Shown here: positions 48,899 to 59,910 of the stretch, in pieces
Position numbering within the stretch: position 1 is the stretch's first letter
How the letters are laid out: each line of letters opens with the position of its first letter
Source of the DNA: an uncultured Candidatus Saccharibacteria bacterium
GTDB lineage: Bacteria; Patescibacteriota; Minisyncoccia; Phycocordibacterales; UBA918
Length of the DNA: 64,000 nucleotides
Assembly: GCA_964352875.1 (NCBI GenBank)
Contig: CAYGTP010000002.1
Coordinates: 4,244 to 68,243 of the forward strand
Direction of reading: 5' to 3'
The notes under the pieces: generated by a model
Database searches by the model: none
Seen by the model: the letters and a program-made list of their open reading frames with translations, nothing else
What the model was told of the DNA's origin: nothing
Program-made: the position numbers and the translations under genes

Positions 48899-50284
48899 AT
48901 GAGTAACAAAGAATACAAATCAATCTCAGATATTGCAGGACCACTCTTGGTGGTAGAGGGGGTTGACGGAGCGCAATATGAAGAATTAGTCGAGGTAAAT
49001 GTACCAGGAGAGAGTGCGCCACGCTTTGGAAAGGTGCTTGATACAGCCAAAGGTAAAGCGGTAGTACAGATGTTTGCTACCACCGCCGGCATGACAGCTG
49101 ATAACACTACGGTACGCTTTAAGGGTGAAACACTTAAGCTTGGTGTATCAGAAGATATGCTCGGCCGTGTCTTTAATGGTTCTGGTGAAGTGATTGACGG
49201 CGGGCCTGAACTAGTAGCAGAACAACGTCTACCGATCTCTGGTGACCCAATCAACCCGTACTCACGTGAATTTCCTGACGACTTTATTCAAACTGGTATT
49301 GGCTCAATCGACGTTATGAACACGCTGGTTCGAGGCCAGAAACTACCGATTTTCTCAGGCGCTGGTCTCCCACACGCGCGGCTAGCAGCACAGATTGCTC
49401 GCCAAGCATCCGTTAAAGATGGGGGAGAATTCGCGATTGTTTTTGCTACTCTCGGTGTGTCGTTTGAAGAAGCTGAGTACTTCCGTCGTGAGTTTGAAGA
49501 AGCGGGAGCGCTCGGACGTTCAGTGTTGTTTATGAACACGGCGGCTGATCCAGTGGTAGAACGAATCTCAATTCCACGTATGGCACTCACTACGGCTGAA
49601 TACCTGGCGTTTGAAAAAGGTAAACACGTACTCGTTATTATGACCGACCTCACCAACTACTGTGAAGCATTGCGTGAAGTTTCAGCCGCCCGAAAAGAAG
49701 TTCCTGGACGTCGCGGGTACCCAGGCTACCTCTACACTGACCTTTCAACACTCTACGAACGAGCTGGGCGTGTCAAAGGAAAAGCTGGTACCATTACGCA
49801 GATTCCAATTCTCACGATGCCCGACGACGATAAGACACACCCGGTTCCAGACCTCACTGGGTACATTACTGAAGGACAATTTGTAGTGTCTCGCGAACTT
49901 TCAAATCAAGGGATTTTCCCGCCAATCGACGTACAAGGTTCACTATCTCGACTGTGGGCTGCAGGAGTCGGAGAAGGAAAGACTCGTGACGACCATAAGA
50001 ACCTCAAAGACCAACTGTTTGCCTCGTACGCAACGGGTAAAGAAGTCCGAGAACTCGCCGTTGTACTTGGTGAAGCATCGCTTGATGACTCTGACCTCGC
50101 TCATCTCAAATTTGCCGATGCCTTTGAAAAACAATTTATTGGACAGGGTGAGTTTGAAAATAGGTCGGTAGAAGAATCACTTGACCTGGGTTGGAAACTA
50201 CTCGAACTCTTGCCGCGCCAGTCACTCAAGCGTGTTAAGCCAGCTGAAATTGAAGCGCATATGTCTGCGGTTGTAGCTAACTAA
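48899..50284 (+). CDS. ntpB: V/A-type ATPase subunit B
   Basis: Strong homology pattern to A/V-type B subunits ([18 protein letters not shown]). Confidence 0.9.
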   Translation: MSNKEYKSISDIAGPLLVVEGVDGAQYEELVEVNVPGESAPRFGKVLDTAKGKAVVQMFATTAGMTADNTTVRFKGETLKLGVSEDMLGRVFNGSGEVIDGGPELVAEQRLPISGDPINPYSREFPDDFIQTGIGSIDVMNTLVRGQKLPIFSGAGLPHARLAAQIARQASVKDGGEFAIVFATLGVSFEEAEYFRREFEEAGALGRSVLFMNTAADPVVERISIPRMALTTAEYLAFEKGKHVLVIMTDLTNYCEALREVSAARKEVPGRRGYPGYLYTDLSTLYERAGRVKGKAGTITQIPILTMPDDDKTHPVPDLTGYITEGQFVVSRELSNQGIFPPIDVQGSLSRLWAAGVGEGKTRDDHKNLKDQLFASYATGKEVRELAVVLGEASLDDSDLAHLKFADAFEKQFIGQGEFENRSVEESLDLGWKLLELLPRQSLKRVKPAEIEAHMSAVVAN

Positions 50285-50308
50285 TACGATAGAATACAAA
50301 CACTATCT

Positions 50309-50944
50309 ATGGCAATTCTAAAAGTTAGTCCCACCCGCATCGCACTCCTTGGCCTTAAAAAGGAAGTCAAGGTAGCCAAAAAGGGTCACAAACTACTCAA
50401 AGACAAGCGAGATGGACTCGTGAAGAAGTTCATGTCTGTAATCTATGAAGCCAAGTCGCTTCGTGAAATGGTGGAGGCCAAGCTCGGCTCAGCTTTTGAT
50501 TCATATGCTAGAGCGAGTGCCATGACCCCAAAAAAGACTTTGGATGTTGCGTTTATGTTGCCAAATGCTGACGTGACACTCGGCGTCAAAGTTAGTAGTG
50601 TGATGTCGGTTAAAATCCCGGAGTTTACCGTCGAAAAGACTGGTTCAGCGTTTTCTTACGGACTATTGGAGACAACTGGTGATTTGGACAATGCGATTAC
50701 TAAGTTTGATGAAGTATTTGTTGATATTTTGAAACTTGCAGCACTCGAAAAGACGGCTGAAAGTCTGGCCGAAGAAATTGAAAAGACGCGACGGCGCGTA
50801 TCAGCGCTCGAAAATGTCCGTATTCCCAATCTCGAAGATACGATTAAATTCATCACCATGCAGCTCGATGAACGCAACCGCGACGCGGTGGTCTCAACCA
50901 TGCGCGTGAAGGCCATGATTATGGCGAAAGAAGCGGTTAAGTAG
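50309..50944 (+). CDS. ntpD: V/A-type ATPase subunit D
   Basis: 211-aa coiled-coil protein, conserved N-terminus PTRIALLGLKKE. Confidence 0.85.
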   Translation: MAILKVSPTRIALLGLKKEVKVAKKGHKLLKDKRDGLVKKFMSVIYEAKSLREMVEAKLGSAFDSYARASAMTPKKTLDVAFMLPNADVTLGVKVSSVMSVKIPEFTVEKTGSAFSYGLLETTGDLDNAITKFDEVFVDILKLAALEKTAESLAEEIEKTRRRVSALENVRIPNLEDTIKFITMQLDERNRDAVVSTMRVKAMIMAKEAVK

Positions 50945-50986
50945 TTATCCGAAACCGCAAGATACTACATATACTATTTAATCGTG

Positions 50987-52330
50987 TTACTCGGCTCGTA
51001 TAATTGCGAGTACTTCATCTCGTTTGCTTTCCATCAATTTCTTGTTGTCGGCTTCGAGGTTCATGCGCATGACAGGGTCGTTGGCAGAGGGGCGCACGTT
51101 ACACCACCAATCATCGTATTTGATAGTCAAACCATCGATGGTTTCAAAGGTGGCATCAGCAAAATTGGCTCGCAACGCTTCATAAATTTCTTCGGAAGTT
51201 CTTGTAATCGTGCTATTTATTTCAGTGGAATGAAAGTAAACGATGTGTTCAGCGGAGTAGGTAGAGAGTTTTTTATGATCGCGTTGCATGATTTGCATCA
51301 ACAAGAGAGCTGGGTAAATACCACCTTCGGAGTTATACATCTCTTTAAAAAAGTGGTGTCCGGTCAATTCAAACGCATACAGGGCATTAGTTTCAGCCAT
51401 TTTACGGCGTAAATGTGTATGGCCGATACGATACGGCAGTATTTCACCCCCTAGTTTAGTAACTACTTCACCAATATGTTTTGAGGAGCGAACATCTTGG
51501 ATAATCAAGCCTTTTTTCTGCTGCAGTAGTTCAGAAGCGATCATAATGCCAATCACGTCCTGCGTTACTGGCGTGCCGATTTCATCTACAATACCAATTC
51601 GGTCAGCGTCACCGTCAAGTGCAATACCGATAGCGGCGCCGACTGCTCGCACTTTCTCTCCCAAATCCTTCATAGTGTCGAGTTTCATCGGATTAGCTTC
51701 GTGGTTGGGGAGTGACCAGTCGTAGGTGTCATAAAGGGGAATGACTTCGAGCGCTGGAAACGACTGCAGCGTTTCGATTTCTAAAATACCGACCATGTTC
51801 GCCGGGTCAACAACTACCTTGATTGGTTTAGACTCGTCAAATGTAATGAGTGATTGACAGTGAGCTATCCATTTTGGTTTGATGTCTACTTCCGTCCGTG
51901 TTCCTGACTTCGTTACTGCCGGAAAGTTGTCTTCTTGTACGATGTCTCGAATTGTATCAAGACCGTACTCGAGTCCAATCGGAACGACATGTTTGATACA
52001 AGGCTTCAATCCATTGAATTGTGGAGCCATATGTGAACCACTCACCATGATACTCACGTCTGAGTCATACGTACCAGCACCAAAATACAACATTGGAGTA
52101 GTCACCAGTCCAAGCGCAATCACGTCAACGCCTTGCGCTAGAAAACCTTCTACCACTGCAGCATAGAGCGCTTGGGACGACGGACGATAATCATGTCCAA
52201 CCACCGCAATCGATGGTTGGTACACTACGCTCATGGCTTGGGCAACTTTTTTTGCTTCTGTTTCATTTATTTCAGTCGGGTATTCGCCCCGAATATCAAA
52301 ACTACGATAAATGCTTTTGAGATGCTCCAT
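50987..52330 (-). CDS. phosphoglucomutase/phosphomannomutase (alpha-D-phosphohexomutase)
   Basis: Four-domain architecture; active-site loop SGSHMAP (variant of TASHNP), Mg loop DGDADR, sugar loop GEISGH-like. Confidence 0.8.
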   Translation of the reverse strand: MEHLKSIYRSFDIRGEYPTEINETEAKKVAQAMSVVYQPSIAVVGHDYRPSSQALYAAVVEGFLAQGVDVIALGLVTTPMLYFGAGTYDSDVSIMVSGSHMAPQFNGLKPCIKHVVPIGLEYGLDTIRDIVQEDNFPAVTKSGTRTEVDIKPKWIAHCQSLITFDESKPIKVVVDPANMVGILEIETLQSFPALEVIPLYDTYDWSLPNHEANPMKLDTMKDLGEKVRAVGAAIGIALDGDADRIGIVDEIGTPVTQDVIGIMIASELLQQKKGLIIQDVRSSKHIGEVVTKLGGEILPYRIGHTHLRRKMAETNALYAFELTGHHFFKEMYNSEGGIYPALLLMQIMQRDHKKLSTYSAEHIVYFHSTEINSTITRTSEEIYEALRANFADATFETIDGLTIKYDDWWCNVRPSANDPVMRMNLEADNKKLMESKRDEVLAIIRAE

Positions 52331-52474
52331 AGGATTTATTAATTTGTATACTCACTATAATAGCGTATGCAACCCAAAAGTTATAAAAGCAGTCGGCTAT
52401 AGCATACGCCGCCCAAACGGCACTTGTACACAAAACAAGGGGTTATCGGGCAGACAATTTGCTATCATTTAGAT

Positions 52475-53002
52475 ATGGATGCACTGATTATTTTCCTTAC
52501 TGTTCTACAAGGCACGGCTATCTCTCTCGGGATGGGAGGGTCGACGTTTGCGATCCTCAATTTCTTTGCTGCTATTGCTGACGGGGTGATTAGTGAAGAA
52601 GAGCGTAATCTAATGGGTATTGTCTACACTGTCCTGCGGATTGTCATGGTTGTGATTTTGATTACCGCTGCAGCACTGGCAATTGATGGGTATCTGACCA
52701 GCGAGAAAGCGTACTTTACTCCGTATATCCTAGCGATTTGGACTTTGATTATTGTGCTATACAGCAATGCATTTTTGATGACCAAGCGCATCATGCCGAG
52801 TACCATTGGTCCGGCGTTGCAGGCTAGTACCTGGTATACACTTGGCATTTTTGGAGCCTTTTATTCACTTCGCCTGACTGACTTTACCTATATGCAATTT
52901 ATTTTGTCATATTTTGCTTTTATTATCTTTGCTGTTGCCTTAGTAAATGGCGTCATGGCGTATCTCAAAGAACAACGTAAATCTGGTGTACAAGCCGACT
53001 AA
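52475..53002 (+). CDS. hypothetical integral membrane protein
   Basis: about 175 aa with 4-5 hydrophobic helices. Confidence 0.4.
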   Translation: MDALIIFLTVLQGTAISLGMGGSTFAILNFFAAIADGVISEEERNLMGIVYTVLRIVMVVILITAAALAIDGYLTSEKAYFTPYILAIWTLIIVLYSNAFLMTKRIMPSTIGPALQASTWYTLGIFGAFYSLRLTDFTYMQFILSYFAFIIFAVALVNGVMAYLKEQRKSGVQAD

Positions 53003-53031
53003 CACGGCAAGTAACTTGGTATAATAAGCCG

Positions 53032-54822
53032 ATGCAGCATCAGCTGGGGCTTTTTTGGAATAAATACTGGAAAACAGTACTTAGTGGCATTTTGTTAGTG
53101 ATGCTAATTATTGGTGGCTTTACCTATTATCAGACAGCTTTTGGTGTTACCTATACCTGGGATGGAGAAGGGGCAACTAACGATTGGTCTGACTGTGACA
53201 ACTGGTCGAGTGATACTTGTCCTGACAGTGGAGACTCCGTCCTATTTAATGCAACAAGTATTAAGGATGCTACTTTTGATTCTGCTGCTACCAGTACTCT
53301 GGTTAACCTGTCACTTGCAAGTGGGTACACTGGTACCGTAACTATAAGTAAAGACCTCAACGTTACCGGACAACTCATCTTGGCAGATGGAACTTTTTTA
53401 GCTCCCACTACCAACCTAAGCGTCACTGACTTTATTCACACTGGAGGTACTTTTACTCATCGTGATGGCACGGTTCGTTTTGGTGATACTGGCATGTTGC
53501 AGTCACTGTCAAACACAACATTTTCTAATGTGTCCATTGGTTACAATCAACCTTTAAATTCGATGATAGCTTACTACAAGCTTGATGAAAGCACTGCGAA
53601 TACAACTGTGGTGGACAGTTCAGACAATGGTTTCAACGGTACCCCGTACGGCACAGGTGGAGCCAATAACTACCCTCAACCAACTACAGATGTACCGCCG
53701 GGTATTCATTTTTTGAATTCTTATGCGCTTGATTTTGATGGCACAAACGATGAAGTCATAGTTCCATACAACGCTGCATTTGAAGCCACGGACGACCTTA
53801 CAGTTTCGTTTTGGGTTAAACTAGACGGTGCGGGTGCCCTTGACGGAATTGTCGCTCGACGAGAATCATCTGGATCACGGTTTTCATGGATAGTTGCTGT
53901 AAACTCCTCTCGAAATGTACAATTTTACACATCAACCTCAGGCTTTAATTTTCCTGTAATTAACTCATCAATTACCCTAAGTCTTGATACATGGCACCAC
54001 ATACTCGTAACTAACGATGCGAGTAATGGCTCTAGTGGCAAAAAAATCTATATTGACGGTATAGAACGAGGTAGCGGAGGAGGTACGACATTATTTAAGA
54101 GCGCAACTGCACAAGTATACTTAGGAAGAGATGCCTGTTGCGGAGACAGATTTTTTGATGGTACGTTGGACGATGTACGTATCTACAGTGAAGTCTTAAC
54201 AGCAGATGAACGAGCTCTTTTGTTCAATGGACTATACGAATACACTGATTTTGTGTTAGCTAGTACTACGTTGCATGCAAATACCCTTGATACCGATGGC
54301 AACTTATTAATTGTAGAAGACTCTACTCTAGATGTTTCGACGTCTTCTTGTAGTGGTTCTTGTGATATTGAAGTGGCTGGTGACGTTACAAACTACGGGA
54401 CATTTATGGCACGGACAGGGAACGTTACGTTTAATGGCACTGATCAAACCCTTACCGGTTCAACCACGTTTTATAATTTTATTAAGAACGCTACTGCCTC
54501 AAGCACCCTACGCTTCGAAGCTGGTAGTCTGCAAACTATAACTAATCTACTAACCCTGCGAGGAGCAATCAGTACGTTTCTATCATTACGTTCAACTGTA
54601 CCAGGGAGTCAATGGTTTATTGATGCACCAGGCATAGCTTCTCGATCAATTGATCGCGTCTTGGTACAAGATTCTAATAACACTGGGGCTGAATCAATTG
54701 AGGTGCAACTGCCGACTTCCAACGATGCTGGAAACAACACAAATTGGACTTTTTTGCCACCGCGTGAGATTTTTAGACTTAATGGTGGTTTACGTTTGAT
54801 CGGAGATATTTTATTTAGGTAA
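53032..54822 (+). CDS. membrane-anchored LamG-like (concanavalin A-like lectin, Laminin_G_3) domain protein
   Basis: N-terminal TM; LDFDGTNDEVIVPY...LTVSFWVKLDG...IYIDGIERG...FDGTLDDVRIYSEVLTADE is the Laminin_G_3 jelly-roll signature. Confidence 0.7.
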   Translation: MQHQLGLFWNKYWKTVLSGILLVMLIIGGFTYYQTAFGVTYTWDGEGATNDWSDCDNWSSDTCPDSGDSVLFNATSIKDATFDSAATSTLVNLSLASGYTGTVTISKDLNVTGQLILADGTFLAPTTNLSVTDFIHTGGTFTHRDGTVRFGDTGMLQSLSNTTFSNVSIGYNQPLNSMIAYYKLDESTANTTVVDSSDNGFNGTPYGTGGANNYPQPTTDVPPGIHFLNSYALDFDGTNDEVIVPYNAAFEATDDLTVSFWVKLDGAGALDGIVARRESSGSRFSWIVAVNSSRNVQFYTSTSGFNFPVINSSITLSLDTWHHILVTNDASNGSSGKKIYIDGIERGSGGGTTLFKSATAQVYLGRDACCGDRFFDGTLDDVRIYSEVLTADERALLFNGLYEYTDFVLASTTLHANTLDTDGNLLIVEDSTLDVSTSSCSGSCDIEVAGDVTNYGTFMARTGNVTFNGTDQTLTGSTTFYNFIKNATASSTLRFEAGSLQTITNLLTLRGAISTFLSLRSTVPGSQWFIDAPGIASRSIDRVLVQDSNNTGAESIEVQLPTSNDAGNNTNWTFLPPREIFRLNGGLRLIGDILFR

Positions 54823-54825
54823 ATC

Positions 54826-54867
54826 AACCAAGACCCCAGCATTAGATGCTGGGGTCTTGGTTTATTT
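54826..54867. terminator. bidirectional terminator between convergent LamG and RND genes
   Basis: 17-bp perfect stem AACCAAGACCCCAGCAT-TAG-ATGCTGGGGTCTTGGTT followed by TATTT. Confidence 0.8.
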
Positions 54868-54876
54868 GATAGGTGT

Positions 54877-57800
54877 TTACCCAGGTTTACGGTTGTAGGC
54901 AACTGGAATCAATACCAAGGTAATAACTACTGAGAAAATGAGTCCAAACATCACGGCATACGCAAGTGGAGCCCATAGGTCGCCAGCGTAGGTAAGTGGC
55001 ACCATACCAATAACAGTAGTAGCTGTTGTTAGAAGAATTGGACGTAAGCGGTTGCCAGCAGCATCTAGCACTACTTCACGAATCGGTCGCAGTGGGTTTT
55101 TGGCGCGCATTTGATTCATCATGTCAATCAACAAAATTGAGTTGTTGACTACAATTCCAGATAAGGCAATAAAGCCCATGATAGACGGAAAGGAAAGTGG
55201 GTTTTGAGTAATCGCTAGTCCAATCATAATTCCAATTAATGAGTAGGGCAGAATAGACAACACATAAATCGTATAACGATACGAGTTGAATTGAAGCGTT
55301 AGGACTCCCACCATCAACCCAATTCCAACCAGTAAGGCAAGGAGCATTTCAATAAAGGCTTGGTTAGATTCGTCAGTTTCTCCGCCACCAGTGCTGATTT
55401 CCACATCATCTGGGATAGCTAACTCACTAGTAATGCGAGCCATGGCAGCCGCTTGTGCTTCGCGAGCATTCCCGTCAGCAGTCACGTCAGCAGTTACAGT
55501 AACTACCCGCTTACTATCTTCATGATTAATCACTGAACTTGATTCTCGCAATGATATATTGACGAGACTAGAAAGTGGCACTTCATTGCCAGTCGGCGTT
55601 GGGATACTAATCCGTGATAGTGAACCAATCGACGCTTGATTGGTAGTGTCACTGGTCACTATGCGGTTATTGTCCACGTTAAGTTTTACCACTACGTCAA
55701 TATCTTCGTTCAATGTCGTCAGTGAGGTCGCGTCAGTCCCAAACACAGCCGTACGAGCAATTTGAGAGATAGTAAACGGATTGAGACCTAGTGCCGTGGC
55801 CTTAGCTCGGTCTAGTTCTAGGACAAACTCAGTATTATTATTGTTAGTACTAGATTCGACGTTGGTTATATTTGGTGTTGATTTAAATATCTCAGCTGAT
55901 TCGTTAGCAAACCGAGTAATTTCCGTTAAATCATCGCCTAAAAATTTAACAATAATTGCAGCTCCCGTCGGCGGACCATCACTTGGTTGGTTTACGGTTA
56001 CTTTAATATCTCGAATCGAAGCCATCGCCAATCGCAAATCTTCGACAATCTCAGTACTGGTACGAGTCCGATCATCACGTAGTGAGACAAACATGTTGGC
56101 TAGTTTTTCACCACTACCACCTCCTCCAAACTGACTTCCGCTTCCGACTGTTACAGTGAATGATTCAATGTCTGGAGCTTCGTAGAGAATTTCTTCGACT
56201 CGGCGCGCCCCAATGTCTGTAATTTCTTTGACGGTACCTTCTGGGTTTTCTACCTCAACGATGATGAAGTCAACATCTCCTTGTTCGAAGAAGACAACTT
56301 TCACAATACCAACAGCAGGAAGAATTAAGGCAGCAACTAAGGCTAATCGGATGCCCCAGAGAAAGATCCGTTCGGCTTTCTTGTTGTTAAGGATTTTATC
56401 AAGCTGCTTTCTGTACCAACTTTCAAGTTGTCGTGAGTATTCAGTCTGACGTTGTTCCAGCTTAGTTTCACTCCGTCGGCGTAAGAAGCCTGCTGCGAGC
56501 AATGGAATGATAGCAAGTGCCACAAACATTGAAGCGAACAACAAGAAAATTAATGTAAATGGAATGCTGGCGATAAACTGTCCGATTACGCCCGAAACGA
56601 TAAATAACCCGACAAACATCGACACTGTAGTGAGGGTACCAGAAATCAGTGGCGCCTTAAATTCTTGAATAGTTTCAATCGCGGCTTGCTGCTTGTCTAT
56701 AGTCGGATTATCTTTCATCTTTCGGTTAATACCTTCAACCATCACGATGGCTGAGTCAACTAAAATACCAATTCCCAGAATCAAAGAAAATAAACTGAGG
56801 AAGTTAATGGTATTACCAGAAAAATACAGTCCAATAAAACCAAATAGGAATGATAGGGGAATAGCTGCTCCAGCCAACAAGCCTTCACGCCAGCCAATCG
56901 CAATTACTAAAAGTAGTACGACTAACAATACAGTTTGTAAGCCTGAAGATGATAGTCGGACCAGGTCTTTTTCGATTTGCTCTCCGGCATCAAGCACCGT
57001 CAATACGGTCAGGTTTTCGAGCAACTGGTTTGGTTCTTGCAGCTCAGCTAAACGATCATTGATCCCACGTGCAATCGCCGTAATATCGCCACCAGTTTGT
57101 TTGTAGACATCAAACGAGATGGAGTTTTGTGACGGTTCGTTGGCAACACTGAGTCGTGAGATTGATGACGCTGGTGCCAGTCCATCAACCACAGTTGCAA
57201 TATCACGAATATACACTGGTTGCCCACCTCTGGTGGTAATACCGATGTTAGCAATGTGTGCACTGTCAGTAATGTCGCCTTCAAAAGCGACGTTATATGC
57301 CACACCATTGTTTTCAATTTGACCAATTGGGAGCGTAATATTCGCGTTGCGTATAGCGTTTGTAATATCGCTAAGACTAAGTCCAAACCGCAATAAAGCA
57401 GCTTGGTCAACAATCACTGTAACTTCACGGTCTTGCACTCCACCAGTTTCTACTCGCGAGACACCGGCTAGTTTTTCGATTTCACGTTCGACGTCAATGG
57501 CCAATTCAGTGAACGCAAATGGACTTAGATCCCCAGCAATAGCAAAAGTAAGAATGGGTTGATCAACAAAGTTTACTTCGCTCACAAACGGATCTTCAGC
57601 GTTATCGGGGAGGTCCTGTTTTATTTTATCAACCTCGTCTTTTAAATCCTGAATAGACGTATCAAGGTCAGCGTTAGCATCAAATTCAACCGTGACAGAT
57701 GAAACCCCTTCGCGTGACACAGACGTAATCTGGTCGACGTTTTCCAGCGCTGTTAAACCTCGTTCGATTTCGTTAGTAATTAACGACTCAACATCAGCAG

Positions 57801-57960
57801 CTGGCGCACCTGGGAGTACTGTACTGACAATCCCTACCGGAATCACCACTTCTGGTGAAGATTCTTTTGGAATGGCAATCAAGGTATACATACCAAGTCC
57901 TATGAGTGCAATCAGAAACAAATACGCGAACTTGCTGTTGCGGATAAAAAATTCCCACAT
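54877..57960 (-). CDS. RND-family efflux transporter permease (AcrB/HAE-like)
   Basis: 1027 aa, 12-TM with two large extracytoplasmic loops; typical RND N-terminus and GxxxD motifs. Confidence 0.85.
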   Translation of the reverse strand: MWEFFIRNSKFAYLFLIALIGLGMYTLIAIPKESSPEVVIPVGIVSTVLPGAPAADVESLITNEIERGLTALENVDQITSVSREGVSSVTVEFDANADLDTSIQDLKDEVDKIKQDLPDNAEDPFVSEVNFVDQPILTFAIAGDLSPFAFTELAIDVEREIEKLAGVSRVETGGVQDREVTVIVDQAALLRFGLSLSDITNAIRNANITLPIGQIENNGVAYNVAFEGDITDSAHIANIGITTRGGQPVYIRDIATVVDGLAPASSISRLSVANEPSQNSISFDVYKQTGGDITAIARGINDRLAELQEPNQLLENLTVLTVLDAGEQIEKDLVRLSSSGLQTVLLVVLLLVIAIGWREGLLAGAAIPLSFLFGFIGLYFSGNTINFLSLFSLILGIGILVDSAIVMVEGINRKMKDNPTIDKQQAAIETIQEFKAPLISGTLTTVSMFVGLFIVSGVIGQFIASIPFTLIFLLFASMFVALAIIPLLAAGFLRRRSETKLEQRQTEYSRQLESWYRKQLDKILNNKKAERIFLWGIRLALVAALILPAVGIVKVVFFEQGDVDFIIVEVENPEGTVKEITDIGARRVEEILYEAPDIESFTVTVGSGSQFGGGGSGEKLANMFVSLRDDRTRTSTEIVEDLRLAMASIRDIKVTVNQPSDGPPTGAAIIVKFLGDDLTEITRFANESAEIFKSTPNITNVESSTNNNNTEFVLELDRAKATALGLNPFTISQIARTAVFGTDATSLTTLNEDIDVVVKLNVDNNRIVTSDTTNQASIGSLSRISIPTPTGNEVPLSSLVNISLRESSSVINHEDSKRVVTVTADVTADGNAREAQAAAMARITSELAIPDDVEISTGGGETDESNQAFIEMLLALLVGIGLMVGVLTLQFNSYRYTIYVLSILPYSLIGIMIGLAITQNPLSFPSIMGFIALSGIVVNNSILLIDMMNQMRAKNPLRPIREVVLDAAGNRLRPILLTTATTVIGMVPLTYAGDLWAPLAYAVMFGLIFSVVITLVLIPVAYNRKPG

Positions 57961-57962
57961 AA

Positions 57963-59537
57963 CTATTTTTTACTCATTACTTCCACTGACTGACCGGCTG
58001 AAAGACCACGGACGTCGACAACGAATTCAGTATCTTTATCAATCCCTTCAGTTATAGTTACAAACGAACCAGAAATCGGGCCAATCAAGACGGCTCGAGA
58101 TTCTAATATTCCATCGCTTGAAACGGTAAACATTGAGCCAGCGTCAGCTGTAAACTTAACGGCAGTCAGTGGTACAAGTAACGGAGCGTCGGCTTTTCCT
58201 AATAGCTCGGAATTCTTTAAGGAGACGGTCACCGTGTTGCCAGTTGTTAGGTTGGTGGATTCTGTAGCTACTTTGACTTCTGACTTGAGTGTGACTGGAT
58301 CAACAGCCGGAGCAATGTTGGTCACCACACCGATTTCAGAATCTTCAATCAACACTTCATCTTCGACTGAAATGTTTGCTAGATCGTTTTCGCCAACAAA
58401 AATAGAAATCTCGAGGGCGTCATTGTTGGCAATAATTGCCACTTGTTCAAATGAAGATATGAAATCGCCAGCCTGAACGTCGATCTTATTTACTGTTCCA
58501 GCAATCGGAGTTCTGATAATTGTTTTAGCAAAGTTAGCCTGAGCACTACGAAGGGAGCCGAGCGCTTGTTTAATTTGTGCGTCTGATGCCGAGGAAGAGC
58601 CGCCACTAGCAGCCAATGCAGCCCGTCTGACAGAATCGAGTGCTGAAGTTAATCCGGTAATGGCATTTTCCAAGGCTAGCTGAGTATTTAATATGGTTGT
58701 TCTAATAGCGGTAAAGTCGTTAGTTCTTGAGCTGTTCTCATCCTCTTTAAAGATGATGAGAAACGTATCTACCATATCGAGTATCTCGTCTACATTTTGG
58801 AGACTCGTTCCTAGTGCGTTAGCCAAATCAGAGTCGACCGTTACTCCATCAACATCTGATTTCCAATCAGCCATCATATCACCGACAGCGACTCTTTGTA
58901 TTTCTAACGTGCGAGTAGAACCTTTTCCAGCAATCACTAATTTTGGAGCGGGCGATTGTGGCTGATTAAAGTAACTATCAATATCAGAGACAAGAATATT
59001 ATTGATGGTGTTAAAAGCAGATTTGATTGTAGAAACAGCTGTTGTTTTAGCGTTATTTAAGTTTGTGGCAGATTCATCTACACCAATATCACTCTGTGCT
59101 GCCGCTGCTAACGCTGCTTCGTAGACTCCTTCGGCTTGTAACACAGCGGCAGCTTGGGAAGCATTTTCAAGTTGCGCGATAATAGATCCAGCCGCGACCT
59201 GGTCCCCGAGTGCAACGTTTACCCGCGTCACGCGACCAGATGCTTCACTTTCAATCACTGCTCGGTCGAGAGCTTCAACGGTACCAATAAAGCTAATAGA
59301 AGATTCAGTTGCACTGTTGGCAACAGTCGTAGTCTCGACTAATGGAGTCGTGTCAATTAACACTGGTGACTCAGTTGCACTAGAGCCGCCAAACATTTTT
59401 ACAATTCCAAATGTACTAACAATGATGAGCACAGCGAGTACTGCCAATACAGTACGCATGCCGTACCAGGTATATAATTTCTGTAACATAAAATAATTTA
59501 ATGGTAGAATAATGCCTAAAAATAAGGGTTTTGTCAA
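57963..59537 (-). CDS. efflux RND periplasmic adaptor (HlyD/MFP family) with extended helical hairpin
   Basis: TM anchor, biotinyl/lipoyl-like halves (GTVEALDRAVIESEASGRV ... IAGTVNKIDVQAGD), beta-barrel and MP domains; TTG start. Confidence 0.8.
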   Translation of the reverse strand: MTKPLFLGIILPLNYFMLQKLYTWYGMRTVLAVLAVLIIVSTFGIVKMFGGSSATESPVLIDTTPLVETTTVANSATESSISFIGTVEALDRAVIESEASGRVTRVNVALGDQVAAGSIIAQLENASQAAAVLQAEGVYEAALAAAAQSDIGVDESATNLNNAKTTAVSTIKSAFNTINNILVSDIDSYFNQPQSPAPKLVIAGKGSTRTLEIQRVAVGDMMADWKSDVDGVTVDSDLANALGTSLQNVDEILDMVDTFLIIFKEDENSSRTNDFTAIRTTILNTQLALENAITGLTSALDSVRRAALAASGGSSSASDAQIKQALGSLRSAQANFAKTIIRTPIAGTVNKIDVQAGDFISSFEQVAIIANNDALEISIFVGENDLANISVEDEVLIEDSEIGVVTNIAPAVDPVTLKSEVKVATESTNLTTGNTVTVSLKNSELLGKADAPLLVPLTAVKFTADAGSMFTVSSDGILESRAVLIGPISGSFVTITEGIDKDTEFVVDVRGLSAGQSVEVMSKK

Positions 59538-59590
59538 TGTCTACACAAGATGCTGCCAAACTACAGACAACCTGATACAATAGCCCAACT

Positions 59591-59905
59591 ATGTTTGGAA
59601 AAATCAAAAATTATGCAATGAAGAAGTTGCTGCAATCGCAACTCAAGAACGTACCCGAAGATCAGCAGCAATTAATTATGGAAATGGTTGAGAAGGATCC
59701 TCAATTGTTTGAAAAAATAGCCAAAGAAATGCAAGCTGAAATGAAGGTCAACGGGAATAACCAAATGGCAGCCGCAATGAAAGTAATGCCTAAATACCAA
59801 AAAGAAATGATGGCCGCCATGAGTCCAGAAATGCAACAAAAACTAGTGCAAATGCAAGCCGGTAGCCAAGGCAAATTTAATCCAAACGGATCCATCAGAC
59901 AGTAA
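59591..59905 (+). CDS. small Met/Gln-rich protein (14 Met in 104 aa)
   Basis: MxxM-type clusters AAMKVMPKYQKEMMAAMSPEMQQ; divergent from the RND adaptor. Confidence 0.4.
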   Translation: MFGKIKNYAMKKLLQSQLKNVPEDQQQLIMEMVEKDPQLFEKIAKEMQAEMKVNGNNQMAAAMKVMPKYQKEMMAAMSPEMQQKLVQMQAGSQGKFNPNGSIRQ

Positions 59906-59910
59906 CTAAT

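Noticed and set aside
50984-51412. 142-aa plus-strand ORF
   Set aside because: Antisense within the well-supported phosphohexomutase gene.
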